DNA from: Pseudomonadota bacterium
Lineage (GTDB): Bacteria; Pseudomonadota; Gammaproteobacteria; Pseudomonadales; Cellvibrionaceae
DNA length: 64,000 bases
Reading direction: 5' to 3'
Assembly: GCA_040386215.1 (NCBI GenBank)
Contig: JAZKFX010000039.1
Coordinates: 66,708 to 130,707, forward strand
This document shows, one piece after another, positions 8,804 through 19,843 of the stretch. A program made the translations under genes and the position numbers. Below the pieces are notes generated by a model. It made no database searches and was not told the DNA's origin. It saw only the letters and a program-made list of their open reading frames with translations. Position 1 is the stretch's first letter. The number at the start of each line of letters is the position of its first letter.

Positions 8804-10741
8804 TTATTTATTGGCACGATCGGCAACTAGTTGTTCGACCACTGCTGGATCTGCAAGAGTTGAGGTATCGCCCAGGGTATCCAGTTCATTAGCGGCAATC
8901 TTGCGCAATATGCGACGCATAATTTTACCTGACCGGGTTTTGGGTAAACCTGGAGCCCACTGAATAATGTCTGGTCGCGCAATTGCACCAATTTCTTTCA
9001 CCACCAGAGCCAGCAATTCTTTTTTTAATTCATCCGAAGGGTTTTCGCCACCCATCAAAGTTACATAGGCGTAAATACCTTGGCCTTTAATATCATGGGG
9101 ATAACCCACCACGGCAGCTTCTGCTACTTTTTCATGCAGCACCAGCGCACTTTCAACTTCAGCAGTCCCCATACGATGGCCGGAAACATTGAGCACATCA
9201 TCTACCCGACCGGTAATCCAGTAGTAGCCGTCCGCATCGCGACGTGCACCGTCGCCGGTGAAGTAATAACCAGGATAAGTAGTGTAATAAGTTTCCACAC
9301 AGCGCTGATGATCGCCAAAAATACTGCGAATCTGGCTTGGCCACGCAGCCTTGATAACCAAGTTACCCGAGCCAGCACCAATGACTTCATTGCCATCAGC
9401 ATCAATTAATGCAGGCTGCACGCCAAAAAATGGCACAGTCGCTGAGCCAGGCTTTAGATCTATAGCACCAGGTAAAGGTGTAAGCATGTGTGCGCCAGTT
9501 TCAGTTTGCCACCAGGTATCCATAATCGGACAACGGCTATCGCCAATTACGCGGTGGTACCATTCCCAGGCTTCAGGGTTTATCGGCTCACCTACGCTAC
9601 CCAATAATTTCAAGCTGGCACGGGAAGTTCGCTTAACCCAATCATCGCCCGCCCCCATAAGCGCACGAATGGCAGTGGGTGCAGTGTAAAAAATATTAAC
9701 CTGATGCTTGTCGATAATTTGCCAGCAACGCGAGGCATCCGGATAAGTAGGCACACCTTCAAACATTAAGGTAGTAGCGCCATTGGTAAGTGGGCCGTAC
9801 AAACAATAACTGTGGCCAGTGACCCAACCTACATCTGCGGTACACCAATAAATATCGCCCTCCTGATAATCAAAAACATATTTATGGGTCATGGCTACTT
9901 GCAACAAATAGCCTGCAGTAGTGTGTAAAACGCCCTTGGGCTTGCCAGTGGAGCCAGAGGTATAAAGGATAAATAGTGGATCTTCCGCATCCATTACTTC
10001 AGGGTCACATTCCGTTTCTTGCTTGGCAATCAAATCGTGATACCAAAGATCGCGCTGGTTATGCCATTGGATTGAACCCGCGGTACGGCGTACAACGATA
10101 CACGTATGCACATTAGGACACTGCGCCAATGCGATATCAGTATTCACTTTTAGCGGCACACGTTTGCTACCGCGCAAACCCTCGTCTGCAGTGATCACCA
10201 CTTGGCAATCTGCGTCCAGTAGCCGATCTTTTAAAGCCTCCGGCGAAAACCCGCCAAACACCACCGAATGCACCGCACCGATACGCGTACAGGCGAGCAT
10301 CGCATATGCAGCCTCAGGTATCATCGGCATATAAATACAAACGCGATCGCCTTTCTTTACACCGCGCGAGCGCAATCCATTGGCCAACCGACAAACTTCA
10401 TCGTGTAATTCCTGATAGGTAATAAATTGTTCCTCATCAGGACTGTCACCTTCCCAAATAATGGCAACTTGATCGGCACGTGCTGGCAAATGGCGATCAA
10501 TACAATTCACACTAACATTCAACTTGCCGCCAACAAACCATTCCACTTCACCCTTACGCAAATCACTTTTGGTAACTTCTGACCAAGGCGCATGCCAGGT
10601 TAAAAACGCATTCGCCTGTTCAGCCCAAAAAGTATCCGGGTCAGTAATAGATTGCTGATACATAGTGTTATAGCGATCAAGATCAATCGCAGCGTTGGCT
10701 TTGAAGTGTTCGGACACAGGATGGAGATGGACTTCTGACAT
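8804..10741 (-). CDS. acs: Acetyl-CoA synthetase
   Basis: [20 protein letters not shown] and [11 protein letters not shown] motifs; 645 aa. Confidence 0.97.
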   Translation of the reverse strand: MSEVHLHPVSEHFKANAAIDLDRYNTMYQQSITDPDTFWAEQANAFLTWHAPWSEVTKSDLRKGEVEWFVGGKLNVSVNCIDRHLPARADQVAIIWEGDSPDEEQFITYQELHDEVCRLANGLRSRGVKKGDRVCIYMPMIPEAAYAMLACTRIGAVHSVVFGGFSPEALKDRLLDADCQVVITADEGLRGSKRVPLKVNTDIALAQCPNVHTCIVVRRTAGSIQWHNQRDLWYHDLIAKQETECDPEVMDAEDPLFILYTSGSTGKPKGVLHTTAGYLLQVAMTHKYVFDYQEGDIYWCTADVGWVTGHSYCLYGPLTNGATTLMFEGVPTYPDASRCWQIIDKHQVNIFYTAPTAIRALMGAGDDWVKRTSRASLKLLGSVGEPINPEAWEWYHRVIGDSRCPIMDTWWQTETGAHMLTPLPGAIDLKPGSATVPFFGVQPALIDADGNEVIGAGSGNLVIKAAWPSQIRSIFGDHQRCVETYYTTYPGYYFTGDGARRDADGYYWITGRVDDVLNVSGHRMGTAEVESALVLHEKVAEAAVVGYPHDIKGQGIYAYVTLMGGENPSDELKKELLALVVKEIGAIARPDIIQWAPGLPKTRSGKIMRRILRKIAANELDTLGDTSTLADPAVVEQLVADRANK

Positions 10742-10842
10742 GATTATTTTCTCTGCCGTTATCGCATTGTGGCTAGCTGCTTATCATTGAAACCACGGGT
10801 TCGTTGAAACTACGAATTTATTATTAATGCTAAGGGTTTATT

Positions 10843-10865
10843 AAAAAGGCCGCGAAAGCGACCTT
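10843..10865 (-). terminator. Intrinsic terminator after panD
   Basis: Minus strand AAGGTCGC-TTTC-GCGGCCTT followed by a T tract. Confidence 0.65.
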
Positions 10866-10877
10866 GTTAAATTTATT

Positions 10878-11258
10878 TCATTTTTTTTGTACTGCTATGG
10901 AGTCTGAAGTGCGCTCCACTTTGTTGCGCTCATCCAGATAAACCAGCTTTGGCTTATGGTCAACTAATTCAGCATCATGAAAATAACCGTAAGTAGCAAT
11001 AATGACACGATCGCCCACTTGTACTTTGCGCGCTGCAGCTCCGTTCATAGAGAAAGTGCCTGAGCCAGCCTCAGCGAGAATAATATAGGTATGGAAACGC
11101 TCGCCATTGCTTACGTTATAAATATCGATTTGTTCAAACTCACGCATTCCAGCAAGCGCAACTAAATCAGCATCAATAGCACAAGAACCATCATACCAAA
11201 GCTCCGCCTGGGTCACTTTGGCCATGTGTAATTTCGCTTTAAGCATATGAGTGAGCAT
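10878..11258 (-). CDS. panD: Aspartate 1-decarboxylase
   Basis: MLKAKLH...YDGSCAID (G-S self-cleavage site), [14 protein letters not shown]. Confidence 0.96.
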   Translation of the reverse strand: MLTHMLKAKLHMAKVTQAELWYDGSCAIDADLVALAGMREFEQIDIYNVSNGERFHTYIILAEAGSGTFSMNGAAARKVQVGDRVIIATYGYFHDAELVDHKPKLVYLDERNKVERTSDSIAVQKK

Positions 11259-11295
11259 TAGAATTTCCTCAACAACAAACTGATACAGGTCTTAA

Positions 11296-12147
11296 TTAAC
11301 CTAGCACTACAGAAACATTATCAATCAACCTGGCGCTCTGTGTAAACATCGCACCCAAAATTGTGATTTCCTTGTCGTCATGGGCCGCCATTTCCAGACT
11401 GCGACTGTTACAAATACTGACGTAATCGGGTTTAAATCCAGCCGCGGTGATCTGTCCGCGCGCTGTTTCAATTAATGCACCAAAATCCCGGCGACCTTGT
11501 GCTATTTCTTGTTTTATCCAATTCAAACTGCGGTTAAGTTGCGCCACCTGTGAACGTTCACCAGGAGTGATGAAACCATTGCGCGAACTCATCGCCAAAC
11601 CATCAGCTTCGCGCACTATATCGCCCGCTATTATTTTAATGGGGATACATAAGTCTTCAACCATCCGTCGAATGACCGCTAACTGTTGAAAATCTTTAAT
11701 GCCAAATACAGCTTCATCCGGCTGAACAATATTAAACAACTTGGTAACAACAGTAGTAACACCTTCGAAATGTCCTGGACGACTTGCGCCACAGAGTACA
11801 TCGGTCATGGTCGGCACAATCACGCGAGTTTGCTCAGCCATGCCGTTGGGATATATCTCCTTTTCGTTGGGGCAAAATAAATAATCGCAATGCACTGTTT
11901 CTAATTTAACGCTGTCAGCGGCGAGCGTCCGGGGATATTTATCCCAATCCTCATTTAGACCAAATTGCAGTGGGTTTACAAAAATGCTCGTTACCACCAC
12001 ATCGCAACTACGTTGGGCGATTTTCACCAATTCAATGTGCGCATCATGCAAGTTGCCCATGGTAGGCACAAAACCAATCCGCTTACCGGCTATACGGTCA
12101 GCAGCTAAAGCCGCACGCAATGAATGTATGTGGTGAAAAACCTGCAT
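11296..12147 (-). CDS. panC: Pantoate--beta-alanine ligase
   Basis: [46 protein letters not shown]. Start set at the ATG at 12147 (GAGG RBS); the longer ORF runs into the tRNA. Confidence 0.96.
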   Translation of the reverse strand: MQVFHHIHSLRAALAADRIAGKRIGFVPTMGNLHDAHIELVKIAQRSCDVVVTSIFVNPLQFGLNEDWDKYPRTLAADSVKLETVHCDYLFCPNEKEIYPNGMAEQTRVIVPTMTDVLCGASRPGHFEGVTTVVTKLFNIVQPDEAVFGIKDFQQLAVIRRMVEDLCIPIKIIAGDIVREADGLAMSSRNGFITPGERSQVAQLNRSLNWIKQEIAQGRRDFGALIETARGQITAAGFKPDYVSICNSRSLEMAAHDDKEITILGAMFTQSARLIDNVSVVLG

Positions 12148-12203
12148 AGTTAACCTCAGCAGCATTGCAATAATGGCGCTCACGCGACTTGGCTTGAGAA
12201 AGA

Positions 12204-12280
12204 TGGTGCACCCGACAGGAGTCGAACCTGTGACCAACGGCTTCGGAAGCCGCTACTCTATCCAACTGAGCTACGGATGC
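12204..12280 (-). tRNA. tRNA-Arg (anticodon CCG)
   Basis: Reverse complement GCATCCGTAGCTCAGTTGGATAGAGTAGCGGCTTCCGAAGCCGTTGGTCACAGGTTCGACTCCTGTCGGGTGCACCA: 77 nt, cloverleaf, TTCGA T-loop, encoded CCA. Confidence 0.97.
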
Positions 12281-12342
12281 TGGAAATGATTTTACAAATA
12301 CAACTCTCATTACTGCTAGTCTTGGCAGTGCTCCGCACTGCA

Positions 12343-12461
12343 CGCTACTCCCTTCGCTTCGCTACGGCCCTGCCACGCAACAAGTTGCCTGGCGTTCGGC
12401 TGCGCAAAAAGCTGCGCTTTGTAAACGCTTGCCTCACCCAACTGAGCTACGGATGCTGGAA
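12343..12461 (-). repeat. Interrupted duplicate of the 5' part of the tRNA-Arg
   Basis: ccaactgagctacggatgctggaa occurs at 12262-12285 and again at 12438-12461. cgctactc occurs at 12251 and 12343. The second copy has an 87-nt GC-rich insert (12351-12437) where the tRNA has 3 nt. Confidence 0.8.
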
Positions 12462-12495
12462 TTTGATGTTCTTCAAATAATTGCAGTAATTGCGA

Positions 12496-12531
12496 GGGTG
12501 CGATTCTACTTGGCTAAGCTCGTCAAGTCTA
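12496..12531 (-). promoter_or_regulatory. Probable sigma70 stable-RNA promoter for the tRNA
   Basis: Minus strand TAGACT-17 nt-TAGAAT followed by the GC-rich discriminator CGCACCC. Confidence 0.55.
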
Positions 12532-12599
12532 TGATTAGGCTGCAAGACTAGCTACAGCTTTTGTTAAAACCACTTATTACCCTGCGATAATTCCTAGCG

Positions 12600-13502
12600 T
12601 TATTCGGAGCTGCTTACTGCCAATTCGCGAATATTCAGGGTTTTGTTGACTTGAACAGAACCCAAACTTTCACTGATAGTGCCAAATTGGAAATCATCAA
12701 TCATGTGTTCAAGACGGGGAAAACATCGTTTTAAATTAGTGTAATGGCGAAAATTACTAAACCAGCTGGCATTGGGTACTCGCGGCTGGCCTGGATCTAT
12801 TTCCCAGGGATGTAAATAAAAAATTTGCGGTTTGGTTTGATTGAGACTGGCACGATCAAACAGCCAACGTGATAAAGCATAAGGGTATTGACGGAAATAA
12901 CCACCACCCGCAGCAGGAACAGATTGGCCAAATACTCGCGCAGTAGTTAAAGGAAATTCGGTTAGCATCGCACCGCTATTGGTAACAATACGATAGGGCT
13001 CCTCCGGGCTACCGGGAATACCATAATTATCATGGCGAGTAGGAAAAATACTTGAATCCCAGGTAAAGCCCAACTCTGCCAATGTATCCAGTGCCCACAG
13101 CGACTTGCGGGTAATAGAGTAACTAGCCGCGCGATAACCTATTACCGGCGCCTGCCCTAAATCTTCCAGTATCTGTTTGGATTTCGCCGTTTCTGCGCGG
13201 AAAACTTCGGGCGTTTGGTTATAAATCAATTGATGACTAAAACCGTGCGAAGCAATTTCATGCCCTTGTGCACGAATTGTTTTTACTAATTCCGGATAAC
13301 GTTCAGCCACCCAACCCAGGATAAAAAAAGTAATTTTGATATTTTTGTCAGTAAACAACTGCAGTAACTTGTGGGTGTTGGCTTCCACACGAGTTGGCCA
13401 CTTATCCCAATCAGCGGGATTAATTGCTTTATTGAATGCGGCAACGTGGAAATAATCTTCTACATCAACAGTCATGGCGTGGGTGACGGTTTGAGTTTTC
13501 AT
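12600..13502 (-). CDS. Polysaccharide deacetylase, XrtA/PEP-CTERM-locus type
   Basis: MTVDVEDYFHV, FFILGWVAERYP, ASHGFSH, GYRAASYS, AGGGYFR, FYLHPWEIDP, FRHY. Confidence 0.9.
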   Translation of the reverse strand: MKTQTVTHAMTVDVEDYFHVAAFNKAINPADWDKWPTRVEANTHKLLQLFTDKNIKITFFILGWVAERYPELVKTIRAQGHEIASHGFSHQLIYNQTPEVFRAETAKSKQILEDLGQAPVIGYRAASYSITRKSLWALDTLAELGFTWDSSIFPTRHDNYGIPGSPEEPYRIVTNSGAMLTEFPLTTARVFGQSVPAAGGGYFRQYPYALSRWLFDRASLNQTKPQIFYLHPWEIDPGQPRVPNASWFSNFRHYTNLKRCFPRLEHMIDDFQFGTISESLGSVQVNKTLNIRELAVSSSE

Positions 13503-13553
13503 AGGCGAATGTCAGCGAGAGTTATTGTTGGGTTAGATGTGCTATAAATTTTT

Positions 13554-14561
13554 CTATTGTTTGTAGTAGTCGCGATACCATTTCACAAAGTTTTCAATCC
13601 CTACTTCAATCGATGTACCGGGCTTATAACCCACATCCTTAATTAAACTTTCCACATCAGCATAAGTATCAGGAACATCGCCAAGCTGTAACGGAAGTAA
13701 ATTTTTCACCGATTTTTTGCCGAGACAGTTCTCGAGTACCTCAATAAAACGTAGTAGCTGTACCGGATTATTGCCACCAATATTATAGATGCGATAGGGA
13801 GCCTTAGCCGTAGCTGGATCAGGTTGGTCACCGCTCCATAAAGGATTTGCTGAAGCAATTTGATCGAGGGTGCGCATCAAGCCTTCAACAATATCGTCAA
13901 TATAGGTGAAGTCTCGGTGGTGATGGCCATAGTTAAATACATCAATAGGCTCCCCAGCCAAAATTTTCCTAGCGAAAATTATCGGCGACATGTCAGGGCG
14001 TCCCCAAGGACCATAAACCGTAAAAAACCGCAGCCCCGTAGTGGGAATATTAAATAAATGACTGTAGGTATGCGCCATTAATTCATTAGCTTTTTTACTA
14101 GCCGCATACAGACTAACCGGATGATCAACATTATGCTGCGTGGAGAAAGGCATAGCCGTGTTAGCACCATAAACCGAGCTACTAGACGCATAAACTAAAT
14201 GCTCAATGCCGAAGTGGCGACAACCTTCAAGAATATTCAGGAAACCCGTAATATTGGAATCAACGTAAGCTTGAGGATTTTGTAGCGAATAGCGCACGCC
14301 TGCTTGAGCTGCCAAATTAACCACACGATCCGGGTGATGGGTTTTAAACACATGATCAATAGCAGCTTTGTCTTCCAAATTACAACGAATATCGGTAAAA
14401 CCACTCTCGTCTGTTAACAGAGCCAGACGATCTTTTTTAAGCTGTACATCATAATAATCATTTAGGTTATCAACTCCGATAACCTCATCGCCGCGCGCCA
14501 ACAAGCGCTTGGCGAGCGCGGCACCTATAAAACCAGCTGTACCTGTAACCAGAACTTTCAT
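13554..14561 (-). CDS. NAD-dependent epimerase (UDP-glucuronate 4-epimerase-like)
   Basis: [54 protein letters not shown]. Confidence 0.92.
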   Translation of the reverse strand: MKVLVTGTAGFIGAALAKRLLARGDEVIGVDNLNDYYDVQLKKDRLALLTDESGFTDIRCNLEDKAAIDHVFKTHHPDRVVNLAAQAGVRYSLQNPQAYVDSNITGFLNILEGCRHFGIEHLVYASSSSVYGANTAMPFSTQHNVDHPVSLYAASKKANELMAHTYSHLFNIPTTGLRFFTVYGPWGRPDMSPIIFARKILAGEPIDVFNYGHHHRDFTYIDDIVEGLMRTLDQIASANPLWSGDQPDPATAKAPYRIYNIGGNNPVQLLRFIEVLENCLGKKSVKNLLPLQLGDVPDTYADVESLIKDVGYKPGTSIEVGIENFVKWYRDYYKQ

Positions 14562-14576
14562 AAAGCCCCGTAAAAA

Positions 14577-15851
14577 TTACAGGCGCGCATCAACGGTATC
14601 TTTTGGAAGTATGTGTTTAACATCGAACAACACGCTATTAGCTTTACCCAAGGCGCGTATGCCCGTTGCGCCCATTTCCCGAAACTTTTCATGTCCTACA
14701 CAAATAATAATTGCGTCGTAAGTACCCGGTACTGGCTGACCAATAAGGCTCAGGCCATATTCGTGCTGAGCTTCTACGGGATCAGCCCATGGATCATAAA
14801 TATCGACACTTGTATTGTATGTTTCTAACTCATGGATAATATCAACTACACCGGTGTTGCGCAGATCAGGGCAGTTTTCTTTAAAGGTTAAACCCATAAT
14901 TAAAATTTTTGAATCAACCACATGCGCTTTACGCTTAGTCATCATTTTAATAACAGAGTCCGCGACAAAAGGCCCCATACTGTTATTGACACGACGCCCT
15001 GAAAGAATAACTTCCGGGTAATAACCTACTTGCTGCGCTTTATAGGTTAAATAGTAAGGATCTACACTGATACAGTGCCCACCAACAAGACCGGGACGAA
15101 AAGGCAGAAAGTTCCACTTGGAACCCGCAGCCTCGAGCACTTCAAGCGTATCAATCCCCAAACGATTAAAGATAAGAGCCAGCTCATTGATCAAGGCGAT
15201 ATTAATATCACGTTGTGTGTTTTCAATAACTTTGGCTGCTTCCGCGACTTTAATGCTACTGGCTTTATGAGTGCCCACTACCACGATTTTACGGTATAGC
15301 TGATCAACATAATCAGCCACCTCGGGGGTTGAGCCGGAAGTAATTTTAATAATATTGTGAACGCGGCGTTCCTTATCGCCTGGATTAATGCGCTCAGGGC
15401 TATAACCAGCAAAAAAATCTTTGTTGAAGATCATGCCCGAGATCTTTTCAATGATCGGCACGCAAACCTCTTCGGTACATCCGGGATATACAGTAGACTC
15501 ATAAATGGCTATAGCATTTTTGCCCATCACACGACCAAGCAATGCTGAGGCTTTTTCAAGAGGCGACAAATCCGGCTGATTCCCGGCATTAATCGGGGTA
15601 GGAACTGTAACTATATACACATCGGCATTTTTGAGATCAGCTTCATTGGTGCTATACCGCAGAAACTTAGCTTCTTTTAATTCTGCAGCATTCAATTCGA
15701 GTGTGTGATCAACGCCGTTAAGCAAAGCATCAATACGCGGCTGATTGATATCAAAACCAATAGTATTGGTTTTTTTGCCAAACTCAACGGCCAAAGGTAA
15801 GCCTACATAGCCTAAACCGATAATACAAATTGTTGGATTGCTTGCAAACAT
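14577..15851 (-). CDS. tviB: UDP-N-acetylhexosamine C-6 dehydrogenase (TviB/WbpO family)
   Basis: [54 protein letters not shown]. Start set at 15851. Confidence 0.9.
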   Translation of the reverse strand: MFASNPTICIIGLGYVGLPLAVEFGKKTNTIGFDINQPRIDALLNGVDHTLELNAAELKEAKFLRYSTNEADLKNADVYIVTVPTPINAGNQPDLSPLEKASALLGRVMGKNAIAIYESTVYPGCTEEVCVPIIEKISGMIFNKDFFAGYSPERINPGDKERRVHNIIKITSGSTPEVADYVDQLYRKIVVVGTHKASSIKVAEAAKVIENTQRDINIALINELALIFNRLGIDTLEVLEAAGSKWNFLPFRPGLVGGHCISVDPYYLTYKAQQVGYYPEVILSGRRVNNSMGPFVADSVIKMMTKRKAHVVDSKILIMGLTFKENCPDLRNTGVVDIIHELETYNTSVDIYDPWADPVEAQHEYGLSLIGQPVPGTYDAIIICVGHEKFREMGATGIRALGKANSVLFDVKHILPKDTVDARL

Positions 15852-16059
15852 GAGGTGATTCCTTAATAGGCCAATTAAATCCAAAAACAATAAATGAAAG
15901 GGGCTCTACGTTATCACAAGTGATATATCAATTTGACAGAAATGCGCAACAATTAACGAGTGTGCATATATATAAATATTCAGTGGCCTCACCCAACCGG
16001 GAAATTGCGTCGAAGATCAAGTATTTGTCATAAAATTGACTATAATGCCAGCCTGGCTT

Positions 16060-16080
16060 AATACTCATGTAATGAGTATT
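16060..16080. promoter_or_regulatory. Perfect inverted repeat, candidate regulator site
   Basis: AATACTCAT-GTA-ATGAGTATT in the divergent region between tviB and the sugar transferase. Confidence 0.45.
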
Positions 16081-16086
16081 TATTAG

Positions 16087-16108
16087 TAGCCGGCACCGTC
16101 TTTACTAG
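16087..16108 (+). promoter_or_regulatory. sigma54-like promoter motif, copy 1
   Basis: TAGCCGGCACCGTCTTTACTAG: CGGCAC-N5-TTACT, about 65 bp before the start. A near-identical copy sits at 29554. Confidence 0.55.
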
Positions 16109-16173
16109 CTTGCACTGCTTCTGCGTTGCCTGGCTTTTTTATTTTCCTACTTACGTACTTGAAGGAAACGGGT

Positions 16174-17592
16174 TTGTCATATATTCGTATCAATAAGCAC
16201 TACGTGCATTTACCTTATTTATTTCTTGGAATGACAGAAGCAATGCTTCTGGGGTTGTCCGTTTGGCTGGCTCAACATTTATCTGGTGGCTCATCAGTTA
16301 TTAACCTGGAATGGGGTTACCAGAATCCACATTGGCTCCCCATAGTGTTTTTTTCGGTGATATTTAGCTGCTGCACTCTGTCTATGGGAGTTTATACCGC
16401 TCTGGTGCGAGAAGGTTTCTCCAGTATGGTGCTGCGCACATTGGTAAGCTTCTTCTTGTTGGGCAGCTTATGCTTGATACTTATTAATTTAATATTCGGC
16501 AATGAATTTATTGAGCAGCAAGTGGGCTTTTGGGCAGTCATTATCGCTACAGCATTGGTCATTATTGCGCGTCGTGTTTTTGTTGCTATGGTTGATACGG
16601 CCAATTTAAAACGACGCGTTGTTATTTATGGTGCGGGCGTACGAGCAAAAAAGTTACTCGACGATCTTGAACCTGACAGAGCGGGTTTAGGCGTGGAAAT
16701 TGTTGGGTGCATTCCCAGCACCGATGATAAAGTCATGGTTGACCCAGCGATAATACTGGCGGAACCCAAGAATTGGTTAGCCTTTGCAAAACAATCACAA
16801 ATTTCAGAAATTGTTATCTCTCCTGATGAGCGTCGTCGCACTACTGGTGATGTATTCCCACTCAGTCAATTTTTAGACTGTAAACTGGCTGGAATCGCTT
16901 CTTGTGATGGCTTAACTTTTTACGAACGTGAGCTGGGCCGCGTGGACATTAGTTTATTACAGCCAAGCTGGATGTTATTTTCCGATGGGTTCAAATATTC
17001 GTTGCGCGGCAGAGTGATCAAAAGGCTGTTTGACATAATCCTCACTTCATTGTTTTTATTATTTTTATGGCCATTTATGCTGCTCACCGCCCTGGCAGTA
17101 AAATTGGAAAGCCCGGGTTCAATTCTCTATCATCAAGTAAGGGTTGGCCAAAACGGGAAAACGTTTCGCATTTACAAATTTAGAAGCATGCGTCAAGACG
17201 CTGAAAAAGCTGGCAAAGCTATTTGGGCGCAAAAAAATGACGCGCGCGTTACTCGTGTAGGTGCCTTCATTCGCAACACACGCCTGGATGAGTTACCGCA
17301 GCTTTATAATATACTGACCGGGCATATGAGCTTCGTGGGACCAAGACCCGAACGCCCGGAGTTTGTGAGTGATCTTGCCCGACAAATTCCGTTTTATGAA
17401 ACTCGACATAAAGTCAAACCGGGGATGATGGGTTGGGCGCAATTGAAATATCCTTACGGCGCTTCAGTAGAGGACGCAAAAAACAAACTTCAATACGATC
17501 TTTACTACACCAAAAATCATAGTTTTCTAATGGATATTTTGATTATGATTCAAACCGTAGAAATTATTTTGTTAGGTAAAGGCGTACATTAA
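16174..17592 (+). CDS. Priming sugar transferase, XrtA/PEP-CTERM-locus type
   Basis: N-terminal TM helices; [54 protein letters not shown]. The TTG start at 16174 has an AAGGA RBS. Confidence 0.93.
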   Translation: MSYIRINKHYVHLPYLFLGMTEAMLLGLSVWLAQHLSGGSSVINLEWGYQNPHWLPIVFFSVIFSCCTLSMGVYTALVREGFSSMVLRTLVSFFLLGSLCLILINLIFGNEFIEQQVGFWAVIIATALVIIARRVFVAMVDTANLKRRVVIYGAGVRAKKLLDDLEPDRAGLGVEIVGCIPSTDDKVMVDPAIILAEPKNWLAFAKQSQISEIVISPDERRRTTGDVFPLSQFLDCKLAGIASCDGLTFYERELGRVDISLLQPSWMLFSDGFKYSLRGRVIKRLFDIILTSLFLLFLWPFMLLTALAVKLESPGSILYHQVRVGQNGKTFRIYKFRSMRQDAEKAGKAIWAQKNDARVTRVGAFIRNTRLDELPQLYNILTGHMSFVGPRPERPEFVSDLARQIPFYETRHKVKPGMMGWAQLKYPYGASVEDAKNKLQYDLYYTKNHSFLMDILIMIQTVEIILLGKGVH

Positions 17593-17618
17593 ATTCCAGG
17601 TCCTAAAAAGAGTGCACT

Positions 17619-18236
17619 ATGAAAAATTTAAGCATGATCATGCAAATAATAACGATTACTTTATTGCTTGCTTCCTGTAGCAGCAGCCGCCCGCAACCCA
17701 CACCTCCAGCCTTGGGTGGCGGTGCTGTAGAAGAATATCGAATTGGCGTTGGCGATTCTATTGAAGTCAATATTTGGCGCAACCCCGAGTTATCACGCTC
17801 AGTACAAGTTAGACCTGACGGCAAAATATCCATGCCTTTGATTGGTGATCTTGTCGCCGCTGATTTAACTACCAGCCAATTATCCATGAACGTAACTAAC
17901 GCACTGTCCGGGTATGTTAAAAGCCCGCAAGTAGCCATTATTCTGGGCAATTCAAGCAGCTCGGATTTTCAACGTCGCGTGCGAATTACGGGAGCGGTTA
18001 AAAGCCCCCAGTCTTTGCCCTATAGAGACGGCATGACTGTTTTGGATTTAGTATTGCTAGCCGGTGGGCCCAATGAATTTGCTTCTGCCAATAAAGCCAA
18101 GCTCTATCGAAAAGTGAATGGTGAGGTACAAGTCTATGCGATCAAGTTGGATAACTTATTAAATGATGGCGAAGTTGCTACTAATTACACCTTACAACCT
18201 TCCGACATCGTTACCGTACCAGAACGAATTTTTTAA
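17619..18236 (+). CDS. Polysaccharide export lipoprotein (Wza/OPX)
   Basis: Lipobox LLASC; EYRIGVGD, VRPDGKISMPLIGD, LQPSDIVTVPER. Confidence 0.92.
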   Translation: MKNLSMIMQIITITLLLASCSSSRPQPTPPALGGGAVEEYRIGVGDSIEVNIWRNPELSRSVQVRPDGKISMPLIGDLVAADLTTSQLSMNVTNALSGYVKSPQVAIILGNSSSSDFQRRVRITGAVKSPQSLPYRDGMTVLDLVLLAGGPNEFASANKAKLYRKVNGEVQVYAIKLDNLLNDGEVATNYTLQPSDIVTVPERIF

Positions 18237-18300
18237 ACTATTTTAGCTGCAATCCGACCCTTTGCGGCTTAACCCATAACGGTACAATAAGAGCGTATTC

Positions 18301-19818
18301 ATGGATAAAGGTTATCTAACCGATATATTAATCGCACTCAAAGCGGAGCTAATACGATTTCGTTTCTGGTGTGTTTTGTTGTTTTTAGGAACATCCTTTA
18401 TGGTGTTGGGCTTGGGATTACTATGGCCCAAACATTACACGACTAGCGCAATACTCTTTGCCGATGAAACTAATATTTTGGAGCCGTTATTAAAGGGCAC
18501 CGCTGAAGTTACGAAAATAGATAGATCTGAACAAGCAAGCGAAGTTATTTACACCAAAAGAATTATGCTGGCGGCAGCAAAAAAAGCAGGATTAATTAAT
18601 GAAAACATGTCCGAACAGGATCAAGCAAAAACCGTAAGGCAACTGCAAAATAATGTTTCGGTTAAAAAAGAAAGAAATAATAACCATTTTACGGTGAGTT
18701 ACACCTCAAAAATTCCTGATCAATCATTTGAAGTACTCAACGCCATTATTAATGTATTTATTGCAGATACCGCACGAAAAAAACGCGATGAAAGCGTTGG
18801 CGCATTTAATTTTATTGATTCTCAAGTTCAAATTTATAAAAAACAACTGGAAGCGGCTGAAGGAAAGTTAAAAATATTTAACTCGGCAAACACTGACGGA
18901 ACCGAAGAATCCGTGGGCACCCGTATCGCCAGTTTGCGAGAAGAAATCGAAACATTAAAAATTTCGAATGACGAAGTTCAAGCGCGTATTGATACTATAA
19001 GACAACAAATTGGTTCAGAGGGTCAATACTTGCAAAGCAAGGGTGTCGCTGATGAATTAAAGGCGCGCCGCCAGTTATTAACAGAGCAATTACAGCAATT
19101 ATTATTTACTTACGAAGAAGGTTATCCCGACATTATATCCATACGCTCACAAATTGCCGAGCTAGATAAGTCGATTAATAAATTGCAAGCTTCCGGTAGC
19201 AATTTTGGAAACTCGGGCAAAGTAGAGAATCCTTTATTTGAAGAATTACGTAAGCAACTTTCTGAAGCAGAATTAGAACAACGTACGCAAAAGCGTAGAG
19301 TAGAATCATTAAAATCATTACAGTTCAGTGAGGTCGAGCGGCAAAAACGTATTGCTGAAAATCAAGCGCAACTGTCAGAACTCACTCGCGACTATGACGT
19401 TACCCGCAAAGTATATGAGGAAATGTTACAACGTAAAGAAGCTGCACGACTTTCAATGACATTGGATATTGAAGGTCAAGGAGTCACCTATCGCATACAA
19501 GAGCCGGCCTCCTTCCCCCTGACGCCATCCGGTTTACATTTTCTTCACTTTGCAATATTGGGACCCATATTAGGATTACTATTGCCAATATGTTTATTAA
19601 TCATGTATGTAGTTTTAGATCCGCATTTGCGATCCGCCAAAATATTACAACAACAGTTACCGCCCGATATTGAATTAATTGGTGTCATTCCCCATTTTAA
19701 CTCACCCATTGGCGAGCGTTTATTAAGAAAAGATACGCTTTTCATTCTTGCGATTTCAGTGGCGGCAATGCTCTGTTATTTAGGTGTATCCATTTTTTGG
19801 CAGCTAACGCACGGCTAA
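18301..19818 (+). CDS. Polysaccharide chain-length determinant (membrane half of a split Wzc)
   Basis: N-terminal TM, long coiled coil, YPDI motif, LTRDYDV, C-terminal TMs and IGVIP. Confidence 0.88.
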   Translation: MDKGYLTDILIALKAELIRFRFWCVLLFLGTSFMVLGLGLLWPKHYTTSAILFADETNILEPLLKGTAEVTKIDRSEQASEVIYTKRIMLAAAKKAGLINENMSEQDQAKTVRQLQNNVSVKKERNNNHFTVSYTSKIPDQSFEVLNAIINVFIADTARKKRDESVGAFNFIDSQVQIYKKQLEAAEGKLKIFNSANTDGTEESVGTRIASLREEIETLKISNDEVQARIDTIRQQIGSEGQYLQSKGVADELKARRQLLTEQLQQLLFTYEEGYPDIISIRSQIAELDKSINKLQASGSNFGNSGKVENPLFEELRKQLSEAELEQRTQKRRVESLKSLQFSEVERQKRIAENQAQLSELTRDYDVTRKVYEEMLQRKEAARLSMTLDIEGQGVTYRIQEPASFPLTPSGLHFLHFAILGPILGLLLPICLLIMYVVLDPHLRSAKILQQQLPPDIELIGVIPHFNSPIGERLLRKDTLFILAISVAAMLCYLGVSIFWQLTHG

Positions 19819-19843
19819 AGAACTTCAGACAGGCGAACTTTTC

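Noticed and set aside
12204-12461. tRNA as the attachment site of an integrated EPS island
   Set aside because: The duplicated piece is the 5' half, I found no 3'-end copy at the far side of the locus, and there is no integrase.
12098-12480. ORFs 12098-12343 and 12277-12480, and the 30-aa N-terminal extension of panC
   Set aside because: They overlap the tRNA and its duplicate. panC has a good RBS and start at 12147.
5332-15548. Many 60-116 aa ORFs nested in or antisense to GH16, acs, panC, the epimerase and tviB (and similar ones through the rest of the window)
   Set aside because: They lie wholly inside well-supported genes and have no motifs of their own.
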